The notes beneath the pieces are model-generated. The model had not been told where the DNA came from, ran no database searches, and was given only the letters and a program-made list of their open reading frames with translations. 64,000 nt of DNA from the human T2T-CHM13v2.0 reference genome, Homo sapiens: assembly GCF_009914755.1 (NCBI RefSeq), contig NC_060925.1; one strand, given 5' to 3'. Both the position numbers and the translations under genes were made by a program. This document shows, in pieces, positions 1-15,954 of this stretch; positions within the stretch are counted from its first letter, which is position 1, and the number at the start of each line of letters is the position of its first letter.

Positions 1-555
1 GCATGTATACAAAACAGAATATTATTCAGCCATACAAAAGAAGGAAATCAAGCCATGTGTGACAACATAGATAACCTGGAGGACATTATGCTAAGTGAAA
101 TAAGCCAGTCACAGAAAGACAAGTACTGCATGATCTCTGTTATATGTGGAGTCTATAAAAGTCAAACTTATAGAAGCAGAGTATAGAAAGATGGTTGCCA
201 GGAGCTGTTGGGAGTGAGGTGGGTGGGGTATGTGAAGATATTAGCCAAACAGTACCAACAAAAGGTTATAGGATTAATAAGTTTTGGATATCCAATGTGT
301 AGCATAGTGATTATAATATCTGAAAATATTATAGTTAGTATCACAGTCTGACATTCTATAATTTGATAAGAGTGTAGACCTATGTGTTCCAACCCCCTAC
401 ACACACACCACACAGAGATAACTGAGGTGAGGAGGTATTAATTAATTTCACTGTGACAATCATTTTACAATATATAAAGATTTCAAAATTTATGTATACC
501 TTAAATATATATAATTTTATGTGTTAATTATACCTCAAAAAACTGGAAGAAAAGG
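1..555 (+). mobile_element. Old LINE-1 3' end (L1MA/L1MB type)
   Basis: ggaggacattatgctaagtgaaataagccagtcacagaaagac...tagaagcagagtatagaaagatggttgccagg; ends in tatacctcaaaaaactggaagaaaag, typical of an L1MA 3'UTR. Confidence 0.8.
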
Positions 556-967
556 GAAATATTTCATTTAAGAAATTTCTACTATTTTATACACTGATAT
601 TTGCATTATTTTATGACATTTTCCAAAAAACAATGCATAAATCTATAGATTATAGATTTGTTCACCATGGGAGTCCTATACAGAATAGGTACACTCTGCT
701 AAAAACATCCTATAAGTAAGGACTCTTTCATGTTCAGATCCAAGTAATGTGCTTATTAAAACACATATCAATGTGTTTTAAAAAACATGTCAACAGCATA
801 TTTTTAAGAGAGTTTTACTGGACCACTTTTTTCCTCCAAGATTTGTCTCCAAGGTAAAGGGAAAAAAAATACATTTCAGATCCACTACTAATTGTTATCT
901 AAGTGATCGCTGCTTAGAAGTTTTGTTGTTTGTGTGTCTTTTATGTGTTTTTTTTTTCCTCTTGTAA

Positions 968-1286
<319 letters not shown>

Positions 1287-1528
1287 AACCCTCTTACAAT
1301 TTCAAGTACATAAGGTTTGGAGTTGTTACTCTCCAGTGTAGCATAATTATTGTTTTGTTAAACTATAGTCTGAGAATTTAATCCATGACAATGCAAGCTG
1401 TTGCTTTAAATTGTTGGTATTTTGGAGTTCTTCTTTGTGAACCTTTATAAGATGTTTTTATTTTTGATGTACAAATAAAATACATACAGATATATATGCA
1501 TATCTGTGCATATATAACATATACATTA

Positions 1529-1530
1529 TA

Positions 1531-1562
<32 letters not shown>

Positions 1563-1572
1563 AATATATATA
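1529..1572. repeat. (TG)n(TA)n microsatellite
   Basis: Direct sequence. Confidence 0.85.
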
Positions 1573-4516
1573 AAATTAGTTGTAAGAAAAACATAATGAG
1601 CCCACATAGATTTAGACAGAATGCTGCTAATGGCACAGAAGAGAACATGAGCTTCATGTGTGCCTAGGCAGATGGTGAACACATGGTGATTTTTGCCATA
1701 GTTGAAGAACACTCAGCATACGAACCTCTAAAATTATTAGGGATGGCTGACAAATCTGCCCACACTTTGCCCATGGGGAAAGGAAGGAGGCCTATCTTGG
1801 TATTTCTCTACATAAAGAATATGAATAAATTTGCTAACTGATCCACATAGAAACAGTTTTTCTAACTTCCAAGACTGTTAATATATAGACTTGCAGAAGT
1901 GTCAGAGACTTGGAAAACTATCTCCTCCAGAGACACATGATTATTTATTTATATATAGTGTGGAAAAGTGATTTAGGGGCATTCCCTGTCTTCTTCAGGA
2001 GCATCTATGGCCCTGGCACTTATCACTACAGATACACGGATATGTGTGCTTGAATGTAATTATCAAGGTAATCTTACTTTTCTTTTCAGAACATATATTG
2101 GAAATCAGTTTTATCCTAGACCTTATATTAGAAAGCATTAGAATCATAAAGCCATAATAAGGACACTCATTCAAAGGAGAGAGAAAAGAAAATCTTCATC
2201 CTATATCCATATTTCTCAGAGATTAAGACATTTATTTTTTAAGCTACTTTATTTTCTTATTCATTTCATTTATTTTCTGAATGACTGGCTTTCATATAAG
2301 TAGGAAATACTTCACGTCAAAAATGACAATTGGAGATTAACTCGTTGGCGTCCTATGTGTTTATTTACATAGCAACTGTGTTGTACCAGTAAAACTTCAT
2401 CTCTGATATAAATTAACGCACATAACAATAGAATTTATAATGGACAAAGAATTATCTTTTCTCCAATTTTATAATTCTAACATTTTCTTCAAAAGGAAAT
2501 AAAATATTAAAGTCAAATATGCAGATGCTCCCAGAGTCCTACACATCGATGGCATTCTCTAGCAACAAATCCCAGATGTTTTTAAATACAGCAAGCCTAT
2601 TTTCTGACTTGGTTAAGAGAAATCTGAGTTGTAAAATTTAGCATGCACGTAATATGGTTGACATCCTGAATGAGGAATAGAAATCATAATGAATGAAAGT
2701 ATAATGTAACTAAGCACAGCACATTAAAAATTCATTGAACTAACAATTGTATTGGGATATTTAATGAAGAATACAAAGCTAAAGCATGTGTTCACATCTC
2801 ATGTCCCCTTTCGTTCTTCCCTTTCTTAGCCATTAAATTTCTAAAAAGAAACAGAAAATATTTCTGCTTTACTAAAATACATTTGGAATTTTTTAAATTC
2901 AAAACTTCTAATTCTAAAACTATTCTTAAAAGATGAGCTATAGGGTCTGATTATTATTTTCATATAGTATAAGACATTGATTTATGTTTAATAGCTTAAA
3001 CAATTTATTCATTGAGAGTAGTGAAGAAGTTTAAAATGAAGGAATTTGGCATGGGAATGTAGATCTATATTACTATTTGTTCATCTTTATCTTTGCTACC
3101 GGCAGCAAAGCGGTAACTTTCCCTTTCCTATACTAAAAAAAGATAATTTCTGTAAGTGTTGGCATAGTGTCTGGCATGTATTAAAACATTAGACATTACT
3201 TTCTCCTCATTCTCATTCTGTTGCTCTTAAGAATGGTCATTTTTTTTCTTGTTTTCACCAATCATAATGGATTAGAGATAGCTACATGCAGTTATTATTA
3301 GACATTTTTGGTATGGAATTTATGACTCGTCAGCTAAGAATACATTCTCTCAAACACCATTGAAAATCATGGAATACATACTTCTCTTTTTCCAAACAGT
3401 GTTTAATAATCTCCATATGAATTTTATTTAACAATAAATTATATTTAAGATGTTAAATGACCTTTCACAAAAATGTATTTAAAAATATTAAAATAATTTA
3501 ATTCTTTTGAAAATGAGCACCTTTTTAAAATTGAAATTATAGTTACTTATTCTTCTGATAAAAATTTATCAAAGCTGGAGTTGAATAATAGATTTTCATC
3601 TCAAAGCTTAATACATTGTGTTTCATTAACTTTTACTCTGGTAAGCTACTGGCTCTGGTTTCCAGTGCTTTACTTATGAGATGGGATTTTATATGCATGT
3701 TTGCTTTCATATTGCTACGCTTGGCTAATGTAAAATATCCTAGAAACTTTGCATAGATATAAGAGATAGAACTTTTATTATTTTTAATTACTAGTTGAGG
3801 AACCACTTTAAAAGCAGCAGCACATGGCAATTTGGGAACTGTGTCATATTTTGGTCAAAATTAAATTTCCTACTTAAGGAAGATAAGGAGAATGTGAAGA
3901 TTAGAAAGAAGCAAGAAATGGGGAAAGAGAGCTTAAGTAAAAATATATTTGAAGCAAAACTTGGGACAAAATTGCACCTGAATCAAAACAGAATAGCTCT
4001 GGAAGTTATTTTTCAATACTGCTAGATACTGAAATTCTAGGAGTCACTGAGGAGCATCCACGGAACAGTCAAGTCCTGATATGTTAGTGACCTTAGACAA
4101 CCCTCGATAAACTTTAAAAATAGCAAATGAAATTGTTTATAATCTTCCTTAGTTCCACTTTCTAGCTTCTCTCTAATTTCACCACATCTCTAGAAATTAA
4201 CAAAAAAACCATAAAATAATAGGAGAAATTTGTATTTTCCAAGATAAATTAAGATATTTTTCTCACAATCTGTACTTCAGAAAAATGATTGGATTGGAAC
4301 CTACTCCTAAATGCATTTTCCTAGAGAAGAATTGTCTACACTATAGGCTAATACATGAGGAATGCAATTTACATTTGCAATCAGATTATATTTTGTGTCA
4401 AACATAATTCTTGGTTACAAGAACTAAAACTTGACTCTGAGTATGTGAAGCAAGAGATTATACAGTAATCTACTAAACAGTTATGAGAGATCTTATAATT
4501 TGTAAGACTAATGGAA

Positions 4517-4592
4517 TCAAACTTACAATTCAGATATTTGTTGTCTTAAAACTCAAACTTACAATTCAGATATTTGTTGTCTTAAAACTCAA
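4517..4592. repeat. Perfect 36-bp tandem duplication
   Basis: tcaaacttacaattcagatatttgttgtcttaaaac x2, followed by tcaa. Confidence 0.95.
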
Positions 4593-5486
4593 TCTTTAAG
4601 TAGCCCCAGATTGATCAAAACACTCCCACCTCTAGAGTAGAATACAGCTTCCTCTAGACACCACTGCTGGTATCCCATTTTCAGTTACTAAAAAATCCAA
4701 AATGGTAACTAGTTCTGTATTTTTATATGACTCATTTCAAATGTAAAGCTCAAGGCTCTCTACTCTGTGGTTTAAGCCTGGACCACTTGAATATACCTTA
4801 TCTTGGGTCAATGTAAAGGGAATGCTTTGTGATTTAGTCTATATGTGGGAAATGGAAAACAGTGTTCCAATAATACAACACATAATGGAGAACAGTCCTC
4901 AAATAGGAGTGGTATTTGGAAGCTTGGATAGAAATAGAAGGTTGGCAAATGACTCCTAAAACCTATATGACACTAATTTTGAGACTATTTCTTTTTTTTT
5001 TTTAAATCAAGCAAATCATTATATTATCATCGTCAGTCCAAATTGTTCATATGTAGATGGAATAAAGTCTTTTATTATTCCAAATATTTTATCAATGTTT
5101 AATTGGAGTAGTAAAAAATAGAATATTTCCAACTTATTAATTCATTCTCATTCTTTCTTTCTGACCAGGCTTAGGAAAACAGAAAAGCAATTTTCTTTTT
5201 TTTTTTTTCGTTTTTTCTGTTTTCTTTAAAACTTGTTCTATTTTTGTGATTTTTTTCTTTATTTTATTTTATTTTATTATTATTTTACTTTAAGTTTTAG
5301 GGTACATGTGCACAATGTGCAGGTTTGTTACATATGTATACATGTGCCATGTTGGTGTGCTGCACCCATTAACTCTTCATTTAGCATTAGGTATATCTCC
5401 TAATGCTATCCCTCCCCACTCCCCCCACCCCACAACAGTCCCCGATGTGTGATGTTCCCTTTCCTGTGTCCATGTGTTCTCATTGT

Positions 5487-9296
<3,810 letters not shown>

Positions 9297-9360
9297 TATG
9301 ATGTTAGGTGGTTATTTTGCTCGTTAGTTGATGCAGTTTTCTTCCTAGCCTTGATGGTCT

Positions 9361-10375
9361 TTAAATTTTGGCATGTTTTTAGTGGCTGGTACTGGTTGTT
9401 CCTTTCCATGTTTAGTGCTTCCTTCAGGAGTTCTTTTAGGGCAGGCCTGGTGGTAACAAAATCTCTCAGCATTTGCTTGTCTGTAAAGTATTTTATTTTT
9501 TCTTTACTTATGAAGCCTAATTTGGCTGGATATGAAATTCTGGGTTGAAAATTCTTTTTTTTAAGAATGTTGAATATTGTTCCCCACTCTCTTCTGGCTT
9601 GTAGAGTTTCTGCTGAGAGATCCGCTGTTCGTCTGATGGGCTTCCCTTTGTGGGTAACCCGATCTTTCTCTCTGGCTGCCCTTAACATTTTTTCCTTCAT
9701 TTCAACTTTGGTGAATTTGACAATTATGTGTCTTGGAGTTGCTCTTCTCGAGGAGTATCTTTGTGGCGTTCTCTGTATTTCCTGAATCTGAATGTTTGCC
9801 TGCCTTGCTAGATTGGGGAAGTTCTCCTGGATAATATCCTGCAGAGTGTTTTCCAACTTGGTTCCATTCTACTCGTCATTTTCAGGTACACCAATCAGAT
9901 TTAGATTTGGTCTTTTCACATAGTCCCATATTTCTTGGAGGCTTTGTTCGTTTCTTTTTATTCTTTTTTCTCTAAACTTCCCTTCTCGCTTCATTTCATT
10001 CATTTCGTCTTCCATCACTGATACACTTTCTTCTAGTTGATTGCGTCGGCTCCTGATGCTTCTGCATTCTTCATGTAGTTCTCGAGCCTTGGCTTTCAGC
10101 TCCATCAGCTCCTTTAAGGACTTCTCTGCGTTGGTTATTCTAGTTATCCATTCGTCTAATTTTTTTTCAAAGTTTTTAACTTCTTTGCCATTGGTTTGAA
10201 TTTCCGTCTGTAGGTCAGAGTAATTGGATCGTCTGAAGGCTTCTTCTCTCAGCTCGTCAAAGTCATTCTCCGTCCAGCTTTGTTCCATTGCAAGTGAGCA
10301 TCTGCATTCCTTTGGAGGAGGAGAGGTGCTCTGCTTTTTAGAGTTTCCAGTTTTTCTGCCCTGTTTTTTCCCTAT
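9361..10375 (-). pseudogene. L1 ORF1 (RNA-binding trimer), start codon mutated to ATA, frameshifted
   Basis: Fragments MEQSWTENDFDELREE... and ...NFPNLARQANIQIQEIQRTPQRYSSRRATPRHII...; ATA at 10373-10375. Confidence 0.93.
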
Positions 10376-11416
10376 CTTTGTGGCTTTATCTACTTTTGGT
10401 CTTTGATGATGGTGATGTACAAAAGGGTTTTTGGTGTGGATATCCTTTCTGTTTGTTAGTTTTCCTTCTAACAGACAGGACCCTCAGCTGCAGGTCTGTT
10501 GGAGTTTGCTAGAGGTCCACTCCAGACCCTGTTTGCCTGGGTATCAGCAGTGGTGGCTACAGAGCAGCAGTGGCTGTAGAACAGCGGATCTTGGTGAACC
10601 ACAAATGCTGCTGCCTGATCGTTCCTCTGGAAGTTTTGTCTCAGAGGAGTACCTGGCTGTGTGAGGTGTCAGTCTGCCCCTACTGGGGGTGCCTCCCAGT
10701 TAGGCTTCTTGGGGGTCAAGGACCTGCTTGAGGAGGCAGTCTGCCCGTTCTCAGATCTCCAGCTGCGTGCTGGGAGAACCACTGCTCTCTTCAAAGCTGT
10801 CAGACAGGGACATTTAAGTCTGCAGAGGTTACTGCTTTTTGTTTGTCTGTGCCCTGCCCCCAGAGGTGGAGCCTACAGAGGCAGGCAGGCCTCCTTGAGC
10901 TGTGGTGGGCTCCACCCAGTTCGAGCTTCCCGGCTGCTTTGTTTGCCTCGTCAAGCCTGGGCAATGGCAGGCGCCCCTCCCCCAGCCTGGCTGCCACCTT
11001 GCAGTTTGATCTCAGACTGCTGTGCTAGCAATCAGGGAGACTCCGTGGGCATAGGACCCTCCCAGCCATGTGTGGGATATAATCTCCTGGTGTGCCGTTT
11101 TTTAAGCCCATTGGAAAAGCACAGTATTAGGGTGGGAGTGACCCGATTTTCCAGGTGCCATCTGTCACCCCTTTCTTTGACTAGCAAAGGGAACTCCCTG
11201 ACCCCTTGCGTTTCCCAAGTGAGGCAATGCCTCGCCCTGGTTCGGCTCGTGCATGGTGCGCTGCACCCACTGTCCTGCACCCACTGTCTGGCACTCCCTA
11301 GTGAGATGAACCCAGTACCTCAGATGGAAATGCAGAATCACCCGTCTTCTGCGTCGCTGACACTGGGAGCTGTAGATCGGAGCTGTTCCTATTTGGCCAT
11401 CTTGGCTCCACCCCCC
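10376..11416 (-). promoter_or_regulatory. L1 5'UTR: internal sense promoter, antisense promoter region, YY1 site near 11396-11404
   Basis: GC-rich L1PA 5'UTR with CAAGATGGC at the element start; many CpGs decayed to TG/CA. Confidence 0.85.
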
Positions 11417-11479
11417 GAGAGTATTTCATTTTACCTCTTTTCACCTCCATCATCTCCAATTAATGAAATATTTTTCTAG
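10964..11479 (+). CDS. L1 antisense ORF0, C-terminally extended (171 aa); translation unproven
   Basis: MAGAPPPAWLPPCSLISDCCASNQ... matches the primate ORF0 N-terminus; ATG at 10964 is in frame with ORF 10661-11479. Confidence 0.55.
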   Translation: MAGAPPPAWLPPCSLISDCCASNQGDSVGIGPSQPCVGYNLLVCRFLSPLEKHSIRVGVTRFSRCHLSPLSLTSKGNSLTPCVSQVRQCLALVRLVHGALHPLSCTHCLALPSEMNPVPQMEMQNHPSSASLTLGAVDRSCSYLAILAPPPESISFYLFSPPSSPINEIFF

Positions 11480-12014
11480 CTGATCCTTGAAAACTATGAG
11501 GGTTAGAGGTACTTACATTCTCCTTCCCTGAACAGTCAAAAATGTGCATAAGACTTTTGAGTCCACCCAATTTTAACTATTAATAGCCTACTGTTGACTG
11601 GAAGCCTTACCAATAACATAAACAGTCAATTAACACATATTTGTATGTTATATGTATTATATTGTGTATTCTTACAATAAGGTAAAGAAAATATGTTATT
11701 AAGAAAATCATGAGGAAGAGAAAATACACTTACTGTTAATTAATTGGAAATAGATTATTACAAAGTTCTTAAGTCTTACTGTCTTCTCATTGAGAAGGCT
11801 GAAGAGAAGGAGAAAGAAGAGGAGTTGGTCTTGCTATCTTTTTTTTATATTTTATTATTATACTTTAAGTTTTAGCGTGCATGTGCACAACGTGCAGGTT
11901 TGTTACATATGTATACATGTGGTCTTGCCATCTTAGGGATGGCACAGGCAGAAAAAAAATTCACATATAAGCAGCCCCACATAGTTCAAACCTGTGTCAC
12001 TCAAGGGTCAATTG
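11477..12014. mobile_element. Tigger2a/MER28-like DNA transposon (TcMar-Tigger)
   Basis: TIR-like ends tagctgatccttgaaaac... and ...tcaagggtcaattg followed by ta; internal aatagcctactgttgactggaagccttaccaataacataaacagtc. Confidence 0.85.
11839..11920 (-). mobile_element. Extremely 5'-truncated L1PA (about 82 nt) nested in the Tigger2a
   Basis: T-rich tail plus tactttaagttttagcgtgcatgtgcacaacgtgcaggtttgttacatatg; TSD ggtcttgctatc / ggtcttgccatc. Confidence 0.92.
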
Positions 12015-12169
12015 TAATTATTAAATAGACTAGGAACCTCTATTTGTCTGAGATTCTTAGAGAGAAATTACATCTTACTCATTTGTGTTTCCCTGATGCA
12101 TGGGACAATGCCAGGAGAAACAATATAAACAAAACAAATAATGTAAAAATAATAAATATACTAAGAGCT

Positions 12170-12280
12170 TATATATATATATGTACATATAATACACATA
12201 TTACTTTATATATATATTTCTCTATATATGTATGTGTGTCCATATATACATATATAGTATAGATACATAGATAGATACAG
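12170..12280. repeat. (TA)-rich simple repeat
   Basis: Direct sequence. Confidence 0.75.
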
Positions 12281-12500
12281 CTAATGATATGCCAGGTCCT
12301 ATTCTATACATTTTCTACACAGAAGGTTCTACCTTGAATCTGCATAACAAATAACAAAACACCCCTCTGAAACATATTCTAATATAATGCTCATTTTATA
12401 TGAGAAAATTTAGACACAAGAAGGAAAGGTAGATTCAAAATTTATGCAGCTGTGTGTCAGAGCAAGGATTGAGACTAGATTCTGGCTCCAGACTCCACTT
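12281..12500 (-). mobile_element. MIR relic
   Basis: ctcattttatatgagaaaatttagacac...gagcaaggattgagactagattctggctccagac, MIR core-like. Confidence 0.6.
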
Positions 12501-14243
12501 CCCTAAAAAACTACATGAAAATTCAATACATTATTTGTAAATGTTCTATTAACAGTAAGAAACATTTTCAATGTGTGACTTTCACCAATTGAGTATAAAT
12601 AAGAAGTGGACAATTCATCTTTCTGTTCTATTGATTTTAGCCAATTTTAGTAGACATATAATCTAGAGAATCCTGCAATGGATCATCTTGGTTAGAAGTG
12701 AATCTAGAATATCAAGACTTCCAATAGCTTAATTGTACCACGCTTCTAAGAGATGTGTGGGCTCGTGTGTACATAGAACCAATTTTAGTAGTAGTATCTC
12801 AGTATCAAAAACATATGTATGCATTTGACTTTATTTTTGGAATTTAACTTAAAACTAACCATTGGAAAATTTCAAGAAATGTCTTAATAAAATATAAATC
12901 AGTATTGACACTAAATACTTATTTTTTCAAGTCACTATATTAGTATTAATTAAAACTAAAATAAAATTTTAATTGCCTAAGTGTGGAGAAATAGTCATTT
13001 ATTTGTGGTACATGGCAAAATATAAAGTATCTCCATTGTTTAATTCATTCTTTTCTTATATTTCATGTATGTTATTAATAAAGTTCAAATGATTAATTAC
13101 TAAGGTCATGAAAGAAGAACAGTTGATGAATTCACACATTTTTCCAATGGTTCTATATTGATGGCTCAATCATTTAGTAGATTTAGTAAGTCATACAGTT
13201 TCATTCATTACAAATATCAACTTAAGGCTATTTTCTTAACTTAAATATTATGTGCTCTGTAGTTACTTGATTATCTGAAATCTATTTAAAAAACTTTAAT
13301 AAATTATTACCTGAAATTACCATATAATATCACTGTAATATAAAATCAGTGTAAGATTTCTTTAAATTAAATTTTCTGTTTAAATCAAATGTAAAAGTAA
13401 GAAGAATATTAATAAATTGATTTGACATTCCTTTCAAGCTAGAGTTATCAGTCCTAGTTTTGTACTCAGAATGTACAACTTAGTCATAGTCCATTACATT
13501 CATGAAGTGATCATTTGTTGCTTACAAGCATAAACTGCAATGACTTTCTGTGGTGTAAAATACTTTTCCTAATTTAAATTATTGATATTTACGCAGAGCA
13601 AAAAAAACATGTATACATATTTTTTGTCCTCTAAGGATATCAGAAAACATGTCATTCAAGTCAGTAGAACGTTAAGAAAAATAGTACGGATATGATTTTG
13701 TCTATTGTGAACACATCCAAAAATGAAATGTTTTTTCTAAAATATATCCCAAGAACCACTTGCAACAAAATTGTCTAGATATTGTTAACCTTTGCATTTC
13801 TGTGACCCACTTAAGATATTTATTCAAAAATTCTGGAATTGGAATATAAGAAATACGGTTTATCGCATATTTCAAGATGTAGTAATAAAAGTAAATCGTG
13901 AAAACCTCAAATTTTTCTTGGTCATCTAGCAGGTCAGAATTAGATGAAAAACAAATTATTTTGTATCATTTTAAAATAAGTTGGCTATGTAATTGCTAAG
14001 ATATTTCATAATTCAGAAATAATAAGATTATTTAAATATTGCATGCTTTAGAAAATTACCATGATAAAATCTACATAATTACTATTCTTCTAATAATTTA
14101 TATAATGTAATATACTTTATAAGGTTATAATACCAATATGAAAGATAATGGAAATAGACTGATGGTCTCCTTAGCCAGCCATTTTTAAATTTGTGTGGTC
14201 ATAAGATTATAATTAGCCCTTTGTTTTTTCTTTTCTTGCTTCC

Positions 14244-14616
14244 TGCTCTAATTTGGGTTTCCTCCCCAAAATTCATGTTAGACCTGTAAGAAGTATTAGT
14301 TGATAAAGGCTCTGTCCTCATGAATGTACTAATCTATTCATGAATTTTGAAATAGTGAATTAATGGATTATTGGGGGAGTGAGTTAACTATCTCCAGAAT
14401 GGGTCCTCTAAAAAGCCATTTTGGCTTTCTCTCTTCTAACCTTCTGACCATGTGATGCCCATCACTGTGTTATGACCCAGCAAGATGGCCTTCACTGATG
14501 GCAGAATCTTTGACTTTGGACTTTCCAGGCTTTAGGACTATAAGAAATAAATTTATTTTATTATAAATTACCCATAGTGTGGTATCATGATATAGCAAGA
14601 GAAACACACTAAGACA
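14244..14616 (+). mobile_element. ERVL-MaLR solo LTR (MST family, MSTC/MSTD-like)
   Basis: tgctctaatttgg...ccccaaaattcatgt...ggactttccagg...actaagaca; 5-bp TSD cttcc/cttcg. Confidence 0.85.
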
Positions 14617-15581
14617 CTTCGTATTTCTCTTGAAAAGATCAATACACATTCAGCGGAATGAACTTTACACACACACACAGACACAGACACAAACACACAC
14701 AAACACAGAAATATTACATTTTTAAAAAGAGAAAGATTTATTTTAGATGAGACATTGGAGACAAACTTGAAGGTGTGTTTGCAATTTTTTTCTTCAACAC
14801 TGTATGGGCTAAAGAGGCACCTGTAGGATTCAGACCTCCCAGTTAATAAATACATACTTTTTTCTTGAAGAAATGACATTTGGCCAAAGTGTCACCTTTT
14901 ATTAGAAAGACTAAAACAAAAATAGCATAAGTATCAATATCTGTACAATGTAGGTTAAGAGAAAGATTTGAACAAGGTTTTAATTGTAGCTATTTCAAAT
15001 TAATTCTATTTCTCATATGTTAATAGCTTAGTATCATATTCATCATAACAGCATATAGCCTGCAGCCTCAATAACATAATGATCTCCTAAAAAATCAAAT
15101 GCAAATATTTGAGTTTATATCTTTTACAAGAATATAGTGAACCATCAGAAGGATAGCGTAGCAAGAATGATTTTTAGTGTAATTATCATTATATATTTTC
15201 AATTTATCAAATTTTAATGCATTAGTGCAATCTCATAAAATTGTTCTCCTCTCTCTGCCTCTATCTCTATCTCTACCAATTTTTACTTCTTGCCCTCTTT
15301 TAAAATTAATTCCCTTGAAGTAGGACAGGAACTCCTTTCCTTAGGGAAGTTTCTCTTCAGTAAATAACTCTAATGTAGAAATCTTAAATGTGTTCAGCAG
15401 CTATTAAAATTACTAAAGTTAATGAAAAACTTTTGCATCCCAAGCATAAATTTGATCCCTTTAGAACTTTTTCTCTCTTGCCTTTCCAAAGACTTACCAA
15501 TACTTCCTTCTACCATAGCTCTTTCTTTAACTATGTTTATAACTGTGAACTAAGTTCTAGGAGAATAACATATAGTGTTCA

Positions 15582-15954
<373 letters not shown>

